The notes: generated by a model from the letters alone, not told the origin. DNA of 64,000 bases from Octopus sinensis (GCF_006345805.1 NC_043005.1:100068001-100132000); one strand, 5' to 3'; counted from the stretch's first letter, positions 48,065 through 61,170 are shown. Program-made: numbers and translations.

Positions 48065-50455
48065 TAGAAATACCATACTTTTACACTCTACCAGGACCTA
48101 AGACACACACACATAGAGAGAGATGATGATTGCTGCATCATGTCAGATAATAGCCATCTCACGTTCAAATGAAATGATAGTGAGTCATCTGTTCTTCAAT
48201 TGGTTTAAGTGTCAAAAGCATGGACAACACGTTTGGCATTTTCTTGGTCACCATAGTAGGTTCCAGTGACAAGCATTGCAAAAGTGACTGATTCTGTTTT
48301 GATAGCGAGTTTTATGTTAGAGTATCTTCCTTCTTTCTTCTTAAAGATTTGATTTCTCCTACAGTTTTGTCAGAAATAACTTGAGATTCCTCTGCCACTG
48401 GGAAATCTTGTTAACCCATCAATGGGACTTTGACAGGTTCTGCCATCCTGGGTCAGAATGGACCTGAGAGTAATGATAACTAAGGGGTGACTCCAAGCTC
48501 CCCACTACTTCAGAACCCCCAAACTGGAGCTTCACCACTGGATGTAGTTTAAAGTCATACCCAGACATGTGTGTGTGTGTGTGTATATAATACATACACA
48601 CATACATACATGCATACATACATACAGATACAATAGTTAATGAAACAAACTGAGAACATTGAATTCATAAGTCATTTGTTAAGCTAATAGATAATTAATA
48701 AAAAGCAGTAAATGTAAATAAGGAGGAGGAGATGGTGGTGGTGGTGGTGTGTGTGTATGTGTGGGGGTGGGTTGTGTATTTTGTTGGAGTGTATAGAAGT
48801 CTGTTCTGTATTGTTGTGCATTATTTATGGCCTTGAGGGAGTGAGATAAAGAGATAGAGTGAAATAGAACTATTATACCTAATCAGTGATAAGCTAATTA
48901 ATTTAACTAGAACCCATCTTCCTCTCCTTGCACCAGACTTTGGATACGGCTAAACAGAAAGGAAAGAGCAGCGGAGAAAGAGAAGAGAAGGAAGATGCGG
49001 AGAACAAGATAGGCCAGCAGACAGGCCGACTACGAAACTGCTGATTTGTGTAAAGTATTTTATTGTTGTTATGTTTTATAGAAGAAAGATTGATTGTGTT
49101 CACATTCTGGAATCTCCATTGGCAAAACGGAGGAACCATTTTAGCACTGGCATGTTGTCTTTAGGGAACTGGCTAGGAAACCTAATAATTTTACTGAGAT
49201 CTTCTTGTGTGTGTGTGTGTGAGAGACAAGGGGGGATAGAGAGAGAGAGAGAGAGAGAGAAAGAGAAGAGAAGAGAAAGAAGTAAAGTAAAGTAAAGAGA
49301 GGCGGATGAAATGCTGAGGGAGAGGAAGCAGTGGAGTGAAGTGAATTATGTTCATTGTTGTTGCTCCATTTAACATCTGGCTTTTGTTTCGCCTCCCACT
49401 AACTACATGGATGAGGTATGTTTGGCCAATTACTCAGCCATTTCCATAGCAACAGTACAAAAGTTGTGGTAACATTACATGTGTACAAAAGTGCAGAGGG
49501 TCACTGGGAGTAAGGAGAGAAGAAGAGTATTTGATAGATGCAAAACTGACATCCAGTATTCGAATGTCTCCGGGAGTAAGACTTATCTCTGGTGTTCGTG
49601 TGAAGTGAGTGTGAAGAACTTAATCTCTTCCCATTCCAGGTAAAAATTTCAAACATTCTGAAATCTATTCGAGGGAGCTGAGGTGTGAAAAATTAAGTGA
49701 ATTGCTTAAATATACAATAAAATGCTTCCAGCAGACTTGAACTCAAGATCTTAGAAATCAGTGGACAGCAACAATAAGAGGCTTAGCAAGCCTATTATTG
49801 TTGAAGTTTTTCAAAGGAGATACAAAAAGAAAGAATAGTGTGTGTATGTGTGTGTGTGCATGTGTGTGTCTTTGTGTGCACACACGTGTGTGTGTGTATG
49901 TGTGTGCATGCATGTGTGTGTGTGTGTGTGTGTGCATGTGTATATATGTGTGTATGTGTGTCTGCATGTGCGTATGCATGTGCGTTCATGTTTGTGTGTG
50001 TGCATGTGTGTGTATGCATGTGTGCATGCAGGTGTGTGTGTTATGTGTGCATGCACGCGCGTGTGTGTGTATGTGTCTGTCTACATTGAACGAGTGTTTA
50101 TAGGTGTGTCTGTATGTGTTTGCATATGTATGGGTCTGCATGTATGTGCATTTGGGTGTGCAGATGCATACACGTATTATGTGCAAACAGGCATCAGCAT
50201 GTGTCTGCATGATTGCATCCATTCCCATGCACATGTATGTCTGCATGTTGTACATGTGAGTCTTTACTGATATATAACTGTGTTAAAAGCAGCGAAGTAA
50301 CAGATGAAATAACAATATTTAATGTGTTTCACTACTTTCTGAGTTCAAATCTTTCCAGAAATGATTATGTTTCATCAGGACCAGATTAAGATCCATTGAG
50401 GTTCTAAGCACTTAGATGGTTTTGGTGCCATCATTTATACGTAATTCAAACTATA

Positions 50456-50846
50456 CTTTTGTACTTGTTTCAGTCATTTGACTGTGACCATGCTGGAGCA
50501 CCTCCTTTAGTTGAGCAAATCGATCCCAGGACTTATTCTTTGGAAGCCTAGTACTTATTCTATCAGTCTCTTTTGTTACAGGGAAATATACACACCAGCA
50601 TCGGTTGTCAAGCGATGTTGGGAGGACAAACACAGACACACAAACATATACACACACATACATACACATATATATACACATATACAATGGGCTTCTTTCA
50701 GTTTCCATCTACCAAATCCACTCACAAGGCTTTGGTCGGCCTGAGGCTATAGTAGGAGACACTTGCCCAAGGCGCCACGCAGTGGGACTGAACCCGGAAC
50801 CATGTGGTTCGTAAGCAAGCTACTTACCACACAGCCACTCCTACAC
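50456..50846 (-). mobile_element. SINE family A, full length
   Basis: Reverse complement of the family A sequence. Confidence 0.9.
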
Positions 50847-50973
50847 CAACAATAATGTACCATAAAATAAATTTCCAATTTTCAAAATGAAACAAAAACT
50901 AACAAGATGGAAAATAATGTTATTTTTGTATACTTCCACTTTATTAATATTTGGAAAGTTTTCTCTTATGTTT

Positions 50974-51261
50974 TTAAATTGCAAAGCCTTTGATTAGATC
51001 CGCAAAATTAACCTTACATAACACATTTACTTCTATACTTAGTAGAGATAAGGCATCCAACCTGCCTTGTTGCATAGGTGTTCTGATGAGATTTCTAATA
51101 TAGTTCAGCTGAGGAAATGAAAGCTCAGATGAGCAGATTTTTTTTACCATTAATTTTAAAAATACAGGAAAGCCAATGTCTACATTTTGAAAAAGACACA
51201 CAGGAATGTTTGTTTTAGCAAGTTTAGAGTTATTTCTTTTGTGCCATAAACCATTTACCAT
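50974..51261 (-). mobile_element. hAT transposase C-terminal dimerisation-domain remnant
   Basis: SELSFPQLNYIRNLIRTPMQQGRLDALSLLSIE..VNFADLIKGFA matches the hAT ERSFS.L..IK..LRSTM.QERL..L..LSIE pattern. A possible CAGTGG terminus lies at 52530 on minus. Confidence 0.7.
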
Positions 51262-51631
51262 TTCTGTGGTGCCTCCCCTTCTTTTGATGTCCTAAACACA
51301 TGCTTATTATGCTTAATGCTTAATGCAGTGCTGCATTTCAGCCGTGAAGGGTCTACAAAAATAACTAGCATTAATAAACTCAACTGTACTCTTTCTTTGC
51401 AAATGTGTAGCCTCAAACCACATTCAGAACTCAGAACTCAGTCTATAGCATCTGATAGTCTGATCATGTTGTGTGTTCAATTTACACCAACCTCTACTTC
51501 CATTTTCACTCCTCCAAGGTCAGAGAAAGCACTGAGACTGTTAGTTCAGGTGACAACACACCTGCTCTTTAAAGTTTCTGCTGTTGACACTACTGCTCAT
51601 TATTATGCCATTATCACCTCAGTAAACTAAG

Positions 51632-52318
51632 TTAATTAGACCAGTGACCGAGACCTTTGGAGGTATGCTGTGCGTGAGAAAACCCGGCAAGACCAGTGAG
51701 AACAGTCAAAATCAAGATCAAACCAAATTGAGGTCGATCAACATCAGGGCCCCCGTGCCGGTGACACGTAAAAGCACCATCCGTTCGTGGCCGTTTGCCA
51801 GCCCTGTCTGGCCCCCATGTCGGTGACATGTAAAAGCACCATCTGTTCGTGTCCGTTGCCAGCCTCGCCTGGCCCCCGTGCCGGTGACACGTAAAAGCAC
51901 CATCCGTTCGTGGCCGTTTGCCAGCCCTGTCTGGCCCCCATGTCGGTGGCATGTAAAAGCACCATCCGTTCGTGCCCGTTGCCAGCCTCGCCTGGCCCCC
52001 GTGCCGGTGACACGTAAAAGCACCATCCGTTTCGTGGCCGTTTGCCAGCTCTGTCTGGCCCCCGTGTTGGTGGCACGTAAAAGCACCATCCGTTCGTGGC
52101 CGTTTGCCAGCTCTGTCTGGCACCTGTGCAGGTGGCACGTAAAAACCACCCACTACACTCACGGAGTGGTTGGCGTTAGGAAGGGCATCCAGCCGTAGAA
52201 ACACTGCCAGATCTGACTGGGCCTGATGAAGCCTTCCAGCTTCACAGACCCCAGTTGAACCGTCCAACCCATGCTAGCATGGAGAACGGACGCTAAATGA
52301 TGATGATGATGATGATGA
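51632..52318 (+). mobile_element. RTE LINE 3' UTR with an expanded repeat array and (ATG)n tail
   Basis: Leader similar to about 35040-35115, six full units plus one partial, then the standard tail. Confidence 0.8.
51748..52140 (+). repeat. 61-63 bp tandem repeat with 123-bp higher-order period
   Basis: Units start at 51748, 51810, 51871, 51933, 51994, 52057 and 52119; units 1/3/5 and 2/4 share diagnostic variants. Confidence 0.95.
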
Positions 52319-52562
52319 TTTGCTAGTCAGAACTGATGGTTTAATTATGTTGCTGATTATAATATAAACGTTGACTTTAATTCTCTGTTAAAAACCTCAC
52401 ATTTTACACGTTGCCCTGGTTACATACTCGGTCCTGTTTGTGTTTATTTTAAAAAACTATATTTCCAGATGTTGCTATTCATATATAACTTAAGAAGTCC
52501 TCCCCTTATATCTCCAGATGACCTCCACTGAATATACATTATGTGTATGCGTGTGTGTATCG

Positions 52563-52777
52563 GTTTCACATTTTGGCACAAAGCCAGCAATTTTAAGGGG
52601 GAGGGTACGTCGATTACATTGACCACAGTACTCAACTGGTTCTTATTTATTTCATTGACCCCGAAAGGATGAAAAGCAAAGTTGACCTCATGGAAAATTG
52701 ATATCAGAACAAGAAGAACGATGAAATGCCATTAAGCATTTTGTCTGCAGTGCTAACAATTCTGCCATCTCACCACC
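52563..52777 (-). mobile_element. SINE family B2
   Basis: Reverse complement of the B2 sequence. Confidence 0.8.
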
Positions 52778-52789
52778 CTATGTGTATAT

Positions 52790-53143
52790 TCTTTTACTTG
52801 TTTCAGTCATTTGACAGTGACCATACTGGAGCACTGCCTTTAGTCGAACAAATCAACCCCAGGGCTTATTCTTTGTAAGCCTAGTACTTTTGTCGAACTG
52901 CTAAGTTACAGGGACATAAACACACCAACATCAGTTATCAAGCAATGGTGGGGGGACAAACACAAGCACATAACACATAAATACACACACACATACGATG
53001 GGCTTCTTTCAGTTTTCATCTACTAAATCCACTCACAAGCCTTGGTCAGCCCGAGGCTATAGTAGAAGACACTTGCCCAAGTTGCCATGCAGTGAAACTG
53101 AACCCAGAACCATGTGGTTGGGAAGCAAGCTTCTTACCACACT
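52790..53143 (-). mobile_element. SINE family A
   Basis: Reverse complement of the family A sequence. Confidence 0.85.
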
Positions 53144-53148
53144 GCGAG

Positions 53149-53179
<31 letters not shown>

Positions 53180-53239
53180 CATACATATATATATATATTA
53201 TATATATACATACACACACATACTTACATACAAACACAA

Positions 53240-53276
<37 letters not shown>

Positions 53277-56186
53277 GATGTAGACCAAGGCTACATGGTT
53301 AAGAATTTGGCACCTCATGGAATGGTTTCAAGTTCAGTGTTTTATAGGAAGAACAAGGAAGGCTTTTGTTTGTAGAAGAATTTGCTGTGGAACCCAGTCA
53401 CTATCTATATAAAGCAGAGTAGCCATGTTTCTCCACTATAGCAAGACACCTGTGCTTGTCCCTTTCTCATACTTTGATCTATCGACACCTGGCACAAAAC
53501 CACCTTCTCCTCTTAAATACCCTCTCTTACTACTTAGAAGCATGACTTTCTTCTGTTGCATTTTCTGTCCAGCAAGTTACTCAGAAACCTCACTAGTGCT
53601 GGTGCCACAAAGAAGGCACTCAGTACACACTGTCATTCAGTTGGTGCTAGGAAGGGCATCCAGCTATAGAAGCCATGTGAACGCTCACACCAGAATTAGG
53701 CACACAACTCTGTGGTTCACCAGATCTCATCATTAAATGATGATGATGATGAAGTGGCTTATATGCAATTGTAACTCATGGAAGGACTGTATGCAATGGC
53801 TTAGTGAGAAGTCTGATAGTCAGCAAAACACATGTGTAATGAGAGAGAGAGAGCAACGGAAAGACAGAGAGAAAGAGAGAGAGAGATAGTGATATATTCC
53901 ATTGGAGACATTGCATAATGTACCAGTTTATATAACATTGTGTTAACAAATATTAGTTTATTTATATATGTATTGTATTGACTTATCTGAGAATCTTTCT
54001 ACACTATTAATTTTATCTTGCATGAGATTGTCTGCTACACTCCGTTTCAACTGGTTTTATCTTCAGTGGTCTTAAGTATGTTATGGTGACATACAGGCTC
54101 GGTTTGAACTTACAAACCATTATTTTTAGTTCCAGAGTTTCAATACTGTTAACCACTTAACCATTGCTCCAAGAGATTTGAAGCAATAAATTATGTAGTT
54201 TTTTGGACAAATATACAAACAAAAAAATAGATTATTAATGAGAAAACTTTCGGCTGCCCAGGAATACAGATAAGTTACAGATATTGTGAATTGCATTGAA
54301 TCTTTTGCTGCTACCCTATATCCTGGTTTTACTGCATAACCGATACCAAGAGGATGTTGACTTGATTGCTTGATGATAAATTACATGGATAAGAAGATTT
54401 AAGTTCCAAGATAAATTCCTATTAATGTTGAGCCAAACTTTAATGAATCAAAGCAGGAAAGAAGTAACGACCCATTGACACAGGAGAGCAGAGTATACAG
54501 CAGCGACAACAAGAGATTGATAGAAACGTAATTATGAGAATCTGTATAACACAGTAAAGTATACTTTAGTCTTTTATCACTAAGGATGGCATTAAGAGAG
54601 AAGCAGTCTATCACTTATAAACCTGGTGTCACCTTCCAAACAACTCAATCTTGCACAAATTAACTAAAAGATACAAGTGAAGTCTACCAAAATGAAGATG
54701 AATATTGAAATATATGCTATAATCCAAACAGCCCAATTCCATTGTGACATTGACAAATTATGGTTGTTGTATCTTAATAAGAATTTCCTACAGAAGCACA
54801 TGAATGCTAATATTGGGCCAGGGTATGGCTGATTATATGGTTTTCCATATGTGACTGCTGCTTTATTTTATTAATCATACAAGGATGGACAATAGTTTAT
54901 ACAAGTACTATTCAAATATTGGGATATACTGGGGTCAGGTTAGCAACAAAGAACTAATAAAATAGAATATTTACAAGACATAAATGAACTTATATCAAAT
55001 TAAAAATAATAGTTAGTCAATGGTAATAGTATATTAACACCATGTCAATGATAGCAAATTGTTAACATAGTATCAAATGGTAGTAGTAGTAGTAGTAGTA
55101 GTAATATAAATTGTTGTTTTCTCTGTTTATTGACATCTACAAGATCTCAATTATGCTCCTGTCTCAGCATGGTTTATAGGCATCCCTCCATTTGACTGGT
55201 GTAGATTTACTGGCAATTGCAAGCTCTCTCCATCATCAAAATACTGGCCTCAATTTAGACTCATTTATCATTTATCTGGGCTAATTCACTTTTCTTTACA
55301 GAAACTCTCTTACTGGAGGTGGCTGGTGGACTGAACAAGTCATTAATTATTTTCTGGTGTCTTCTAAATCCTAATTCTCCTCACTCAACACTTTCAACTA
55401 TGCTGTCTATCCGACATCTCTGTATACACAGCTAAAGCATGTCAGCTTTGCAAACCACCCCATTTCCTAATATACCTACATCTAAGACATTTAAGACACG
55501 CAGACACTAATACTAAACATAATGTTCTTACAGTTGCTGGAAGTAGCCACCAACACCAATACTGGTTCTACAGAGAGAGTGGACAGTTGTAGAATAGAAA
55601 TGAAACGACTGACAAACTGCCAAGGAGCAGCAACTGAAGGACAATGCTCATAAAATATGTACCAAATGATGATCTTCCAAAAGCAACTTCACATATATAA
55701 CACTGCCAAAACTGTACTTTAAAGATTAAGTTACCTCTTTATATCCAGAAAATATTTCACTCACCACCACCACCACCACCACCACAACTGCCACTGTCGC
55801 TGCCACCACTACTACCACCACCACCACCACCACCACCACCAGGCTCCGAACTACATTTTATTAAATGATTTATTACTCAATCACAGCAGACATTCCATGC
55901 ACACGTTGTCGTTTTCTTTTAGCCCTTGGACAGCTCAGATTGAGTAGACCTATAATCAAAGATGTTTCAGCACTGACCATCCTGTATTGTGTATATCAGA
56001 AATTTTACTGTTCAATATCTACTTTGTAACCCTTTAGCATATAAACCAGTCATATTCAATCCAAATATTCTACCTGTTTTATGTTGAAACTGACTGGTCT
56101 GGTCTCTCAGACCTACCCTACAATGTCATTCTAAAAATAAACAATTACATCATTGAAATCTTGAATCTATGAGATAATGCACGAAA

Positions 56187-56721
56187 GGCACGTTGCTCAG
56201 TGGTTAGATTGCTGGGCTCACATTCATGATGTTGTGAGTTTGATTCCTGGACTGGGCTGTTAGTTGTGTTCTTGAGCAAGACACTTTTTTTCATGTTGCT
56301 CCAATACACTCAGTTGTAGAATGAGTTGGCAGACACCCATAAAGTTATTAACCATCTTACAAACAATAACTCTGAGCACCTTTTCAAACTCCATCTGTCA
56401 AACACCCATGGACACGTTTACAAAGTCAGAAAACAACAGAGCTCCCATGTCTTTTGGAAATATTTTTTCACGCTAAGAGTTGCTGAAGCATGGAACAAAC
56501 TGCCGGCATCAGTTGCTAATTGTCGGAGCACTGCATCCTTCAAAACTTCCATGCTTCCTGAGATTTGCCAACACTACACTTGATTTTCTCCCCTCCAAAC
56601 ACACGCAAGCATGTATCTGACTCATACACTGTCCACTTCCCAGACATTTTTACATTACAGCATATGCTTTATATGCACTTTTGACAAGTTGTGGTGCAAC
56701 TGAGCACTGTATACAATAATT

Positions 56722-56761
<40 letters not shown>

Positions 56762-56946
56762 CACTGGTGCCAATCTGTATCGGTCACTGCCTTTCCCTTG
56801 GATAACATCAATGATGTGGAGCAGGGAGGCTGGTATGCATGGTAAACTGCTGGTCTTCCATAAAACAACTTTGCCTGGTCTTGTGCCTTGGAGGGGAACT
56901 TTGTAGGTGCAATCCCATGGCCATTCACGACCAAAAAAGGTCTTTA
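56187..56946 (+). mobile_element. tRNA-derived SINE, family E, split by a CR1 fragment
   Basis: Head TTGCTCAGTGGTTAG..GAGTTTGATTCC, then TGTGTTCTTGAGCAAGACACTT..CACTCAG. The sequence after the (ATT)n tract (56762-56946) is assumed to be its continuation. Confidence 0.55.
56326..56760 (+). mobile_element. CR1-clade LINE 3' end
   Basis: NTHGHVYKV..KYFFTLRVAEAWNKLP..SFK (CR1 C-terminal signature), 3' UTR and (ATT)n tail. Confidence 0.85.
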
Positions 56947-57454
56947 AATCAATACAATGTAAAAAAGTATTACATTTGACAGAGTAATCCAAATGCTAAC
57001 TGGTTAAAGACTGTAGGGTGGGCCTTTTAAAAGATATAACTGTTATATTTAGCCTGGTCATGTGACTGTATTGAGTCTCTCTCATTGGTTTGTTCTATTT
57101 TCCCAGTAGGTGTCAGATGGCAGACGTTCAGCCATATCAGTCACATAAACATAAGTTTGGATGATATTTATTCTTGAATTTCTGTGGTCAACGAAAAATG
57201 GGATTTGAATGAGGAGGTTTTGTGGAGGTGAAAAAAAAATAAAGCGAATATACTCTGCTGGAAATGTAAAACTAGTTTCAAATCTTGGTACAAGGCCAGC
57301 AAAGTTGGGGGAGGGGACATACTGATAACATCAACCCCAGTGTTCATCTGGTACTTGTTTTATTGATTCTGGAAAGATGAAAGACAAAGTCAACCTCAGC
57401 AGAATTTGAACTTTACTTCTATAGATTTCTTCAAACACACACACACACATGTGC

Positions 57455-57485
<31 letters not shown>

Positions 57486-57935
57486 CACACACATGTATAT
57501 ATATGTGTGTGTGCGTGTGTGCATGTATGTGTGTATGTATGTATGCAACAAGAAACAAATATTGCTTCTCCCTTTTATACATTTTATGGAACAATGTTTA
57601 ACTCGCACAAACACTAAGAAAAGAATATGTAAATAACTTTGACAACTGATTAGCAAAGTATGGAAGTACTGAAGGGAAAGAATGATTAGATTTTGGCTAT
57701 CCCTTCACACATCTTTCATAGAAATCAATAAACAACTACAACAACAACCAATCATTGCACTGATACAACAGTGGCAAAACAGTGGAAAATGTTTATAACG
57801 AAATATTTAATTAGCTGAGCAAATTATGATTAGTTCACAATTTACTGTGGTAGTAGTAGCAGTAATAATAATAATAATGATAATAATAATAATGATGACA
57901 ATAACAACAACAACAACAACAATAATAATAATAAT

Positions 57936-58301
57936 ATGTGCATCTCTGATCACGAGCAGAAGTAGTGGGGCAGCATCATAGCCATGTGTTGAGAGGGATT
58001 CTTTGGGGTTTGAATATTTCACCTATGGAAACATGGGTGGTTCTTTCAACATCCTTAAACAACCCTTATTCAGGGACCTTTTGAGCGGGATGGGCTACTC
58101 GACCTGAAGAAAATTCTAACTGGGCCCCACCTGCAAGGTCATGCGCTGTTTACCTTGATATGAGATCACCATGTCACGCACATATGGTTGTGATGCATGT
58201 GCCTGGTGTACCTTTATCAGATGGGTAGTCATGATGGGTATACTGCGCTTCGTATATTTTACCCCAGTGTCACTTTGATGGCATGAACTGCTCTCTCACT
58301 C
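57936..58301 (+). mobile_element. Unclassified non-coding interspersed element X (copy 1) in (AAT)n
   Basis: Homologous to 59581-59923; both copies end CTCTCACTC followed by AATAAT. Confidence 0.7.
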
Positions 58302-58561
58302 AATAATAATAATAATAATAATAATATTGATGATTCTTTCTACTATAGGCACAGAGCCTGAAATTTCTGAAATTTTGCGGTGAGAGGTATTATCTGATTA
58401 CATTGACTCCAGTTTTCAACTGGTACTTGCTTTATTGACCCCAAAGGGGATGTAAGGCAAAGCTGGCCTCAGTGGGATTTTAATATCAAATGTAAAGAAC
58501 TGAAAGCAAGGCTGCTAATCATTTTGTTTTGATGCATTAATGATCCTGACAGCTTGCTGCT

Positions 58562-58604
<43 letters not shown>

Positions 58605-58640
58605 TAATAATAATAATAATAATAATAACGGTTATAATAA

Positions 58641-59099
58641 CCTGTTCATTGATGACTGTCCCAGTCAACATAAATGTATCTGTGAAGACCTACCAAAAAC
58701 TGAGCAATTATAAAGATCTTGAAATAGAAATTGGCAAAATGTGAAATCTCAAGACTAAAACTATGCCTGTTGTCATAGGTGCCCTAGGAATGATAGCAAA
58801 AGGGGCTGATTCCTACCTAGCTCAGATACCAGGAAACCCCCAGAATGGCAGAAATTCAAAAGATAGTGCTCATGCGAATTGCCCATATCCTATGTAAAAT
58901 ACTGTCTATGTAATTCCAAATTTTAAAACACATAATTTTCTTATGTTTTCTTAAGCATTTTCTAGAACAACACTATGAGCAAAACGAAATATATGACACC
59001 CTAGGCATAATACAAACTTGAACTTCTAACTTGTTGTCTGTTGAGGTATCTGGTTGAGACTTGGAGTCAACTTGTACAAATACAAAGCAAAAATCAAGC

Positions 59100-59100
<1 letters not shown>
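58641..59100 (+). mobile_element. R4/Dong-like non-LTR retrotransposon 3' end (family 1)
   Basis: TVPVNINVSVKTYQKLSNYKDLEIEI..PVVIGALGMI..EIQKIVL (restriction-like endonuclease C-terminus), 3' UTR, then (AAT)n. Confidence 0.85.
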
Positions 59101-59155
<55 letters not shown>

Positions 59156-59156
<1 letters not shown>

Positions 59157-59563
59157 TATCTGTTAAGGAATTTGACAAACTAAGTAAATATAAGGACCTG
59201 GAAATTGAAATACAAAAGATGTGGCATCTTGAAAGAAGAACTGTTCCTGTTATTGTAGGTGCCCTAGGTATGATAAAAAAGGGATGTCAGAAACATCTAG
59301 AAAAGATCCCAGGAGAACCATGTCTCAGAGAAATCCAAAAGATTGTATTCACAAGTAATGCCCAAGTCCTTAGAAAAACCCTATCCATTTAAATGTCTGT
59401 GTTGTATTACATGAAGATATTTTGCTACTCCCCCAGCCAATTACCCACTTCCCCCAATCTTTCAGTCATACTATAACATCACTTATCCTTCACTTGCCCC
59501 AGGACACTGGGTGTGTCTCAGCAAGTAACTGTAACAAAATGAAGATTAAAAGTAAAAAATATT
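59156..59563 (+). mobile_element. R4/Dong-like non-LTR retrotransposon 3' end (family 2)
   Basis: KEFDKLSKYKDLEIEIQKMW..VPVIVGALGMIKKG..EIQKIVFTSNAQVLRKTLSI*; flanked by (AAT)n on both sides. Confidence 0.85.
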
Positions 59564-59580
59564 AATAATAATAATGATGA

Positions 59581-59923
59581 TGCAGTAGTAGAGAGCATCA
59601 TAGCCATATGTTGAGAGGAATTCTTTGGGGTTTGGATAATTCACCTCTGGAAACATGGGTGCTTTGTTCAACATCCTTAAATGACCCTTATTCAGTGACC
59701 TTTTGAGTAGGATAGAGTATTTAACCTGAACAAAATTCTAACTGAGCCCCATCTGCAAGGTCAGGCACTGTCTATCTTGATATGAGATCCCCATATCATG
59801 TACATATGGTTGTGATGCATGTGCCTGGTGTGCCCTTATCAGATGGGGAGTCATGATGGGTATACTGGGCTTCGTATATTTTACCCCAGTGTCACTTTGA
59901 TGGCATGCACTGTTCTCTCACTC
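59581..59923 (+). mobile_element. Element X (copy 2)
   Basis: Aligns with 57960-58301 along its length; shorter at the 5' end. Confidence 0.7.
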
Positions 59924-60029
59924 AATAATGATAATAAGATAGTTGAAAAGAACAGATAGCATAGTACCGTAGGCTGTGGGCAGCAAGCCTGCAATGCATG
60001 CAAGGCACCAGGTGTTACAACAGAAGCTG

Positions 60030-60281
60030 AGAGAAGAAGAAGAAGAAGAAGAAGAAGAAGAGAAGAAGAAGAAGAAGAAGAGAGAAGAAGAAGAAGAAGA
60101 AAGAAGAAGAAGAAGAAGAAGAAGAAAGAAGAAGAGAAGAAGAAGAAGAAGAAGAAAGAAGAAGAAGAAGAAGAAGAAGAAAAAGAAGAAGAAGAAGAAG
60201 AAAGAAGAAGAAGAAGAAGAAGAAGAAGAAGAAGAAGAAGAAGAAGAAGAAGAAGAAGAAGAAGAAGAAGAAGAAGAAGAA
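60030..60281. repeat. (GAA)n microsatellite, ~250 bp
   Basis: Directly visible. Confidence 0.95.
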
Positions 60282-61000
60282 GGAAAATGTCCAGTCAAGT
60301 ATTTACAGAGTGTCATAGAAAATCTAGTGAAGACAGTTAATAAAGAAGAGGTGAAGAGGCATGTAACAAGAGAAAAGGACAAGAATGAAATAGAAAGAGA
60401 GCAGATCATCAGATGGATGAAAGAGCAGCCTCTGCATGACCAGTTTTGGAGAGTCACTGAAGACATATGGGGAGCAAATTCCTGGGCTTGGTTAAAAAAG
60501 GGGGTAATTAATTGTTGCAGCTCAAAATCAAGCAATAAAAATGAACAACCTGAGAAAAAATCCTTATGGAGAGACTGTGTGAGAAAAGTGTAGAGCCTGT
60601 GAAAGCTGGAATGAGACAGTGGCACACATTGTGCCAGGATGCTCCAAGTTGGCACAGAAAGAATATAAGAAATGGAGGTTGTTAAAAGTTTTACACTGGA
60701 AACTGTGCCGGAAATGGGGATTTGAAACTGGAAACACATGGTACAATCATTGAGTCAAAAGAGTCCTGGAGTCGGAGAAATGTAAGATTTTGTGGGACTT
60801 TCCTATTCAAATGGACAAGAAGTTGGGAAATAATAGAGCAGATGTAACGATTATAGAGAAGGAAAAGTGAAGCCGCTTACTTATTGAACATCATGCCTGT
60901 TTGATTCCAGGATTGTAAAGAAAGAGAAAGAAAAACAAAGAAAATACAATCCCTTAAAATCTGAAACAAGAAGAATTTGGAGCAAGCAAACAGTAAGGGT

Positions 61001-61170
61001 CATATACATTATTTACATTATTTACATTTGACGGATATTTGTCCTCATCTAGTTGTTGTTAACACAATGTTTCGGCTGATATACCTTCCAGCCTTCATCA
61101 ACAAACAAGATGATGTCAAATATCCATCAAATGTAAATAATGTACATAATTCCTCATCTCTTAAATATAG
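61001..61170. mobile_element. 170-bp fold-back insertion with a 12-bp TSD
   Basis: TSD AACAGTAA(G/A)GGT at 60989-61000 and 61171-61182; 28-bp IR at 61014-61041 / 61117-61144 with 1 mismatch, continuing imperfectly inward. Confidence 0.8.
61064..61101 (-). ncRNA. Hammerhead-ribozyme-like motif (5' stem I lost)
   Basis: Minus strand: TTGATGA-A-GGCTG(GAAGGTATAT)CAGCC-GAAAC-ATTGT; perfect 5-bp stem II. Confidence 0.55.

Larger units (their letters stand above)
56030..57003. mobile_element. Putative piggyBac-type MITE split by nested insertions
   Basis: GTAA-CCCTTTAGCAT ... ATGCTAACTGG-TTAA; termini imperfect. Confidence 0.45.

Noticed and set aside
48937-49060. Strong acceptor followed by a CpG-containing purine-rich stretch, as an exon
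   Set aside because: All three frames close within about 35 codons and no protein is recognisable; it could be UTR but this cannot be supported here.
49557-49639. KTYLWCSC peptide resembling a CDGSH iron-sulfur domain
   Set aside because: The required downstream PFCDGSH motif is absent and the acceptor is weak.
51748-52140. CRISPR-like repeat-spacer appearance (also 20225-20390)
   Set aside because: The spacers are homologous to each other, the array lies in a LINE 3' UTR in animal DNA, and there are no cas genes.
52224-52245. CTGATGAAGCC as a fourth hammerhead
   Set aside because: No stem II followed by GAAA; homologous tails read CTGGTGCAGCC at this position.
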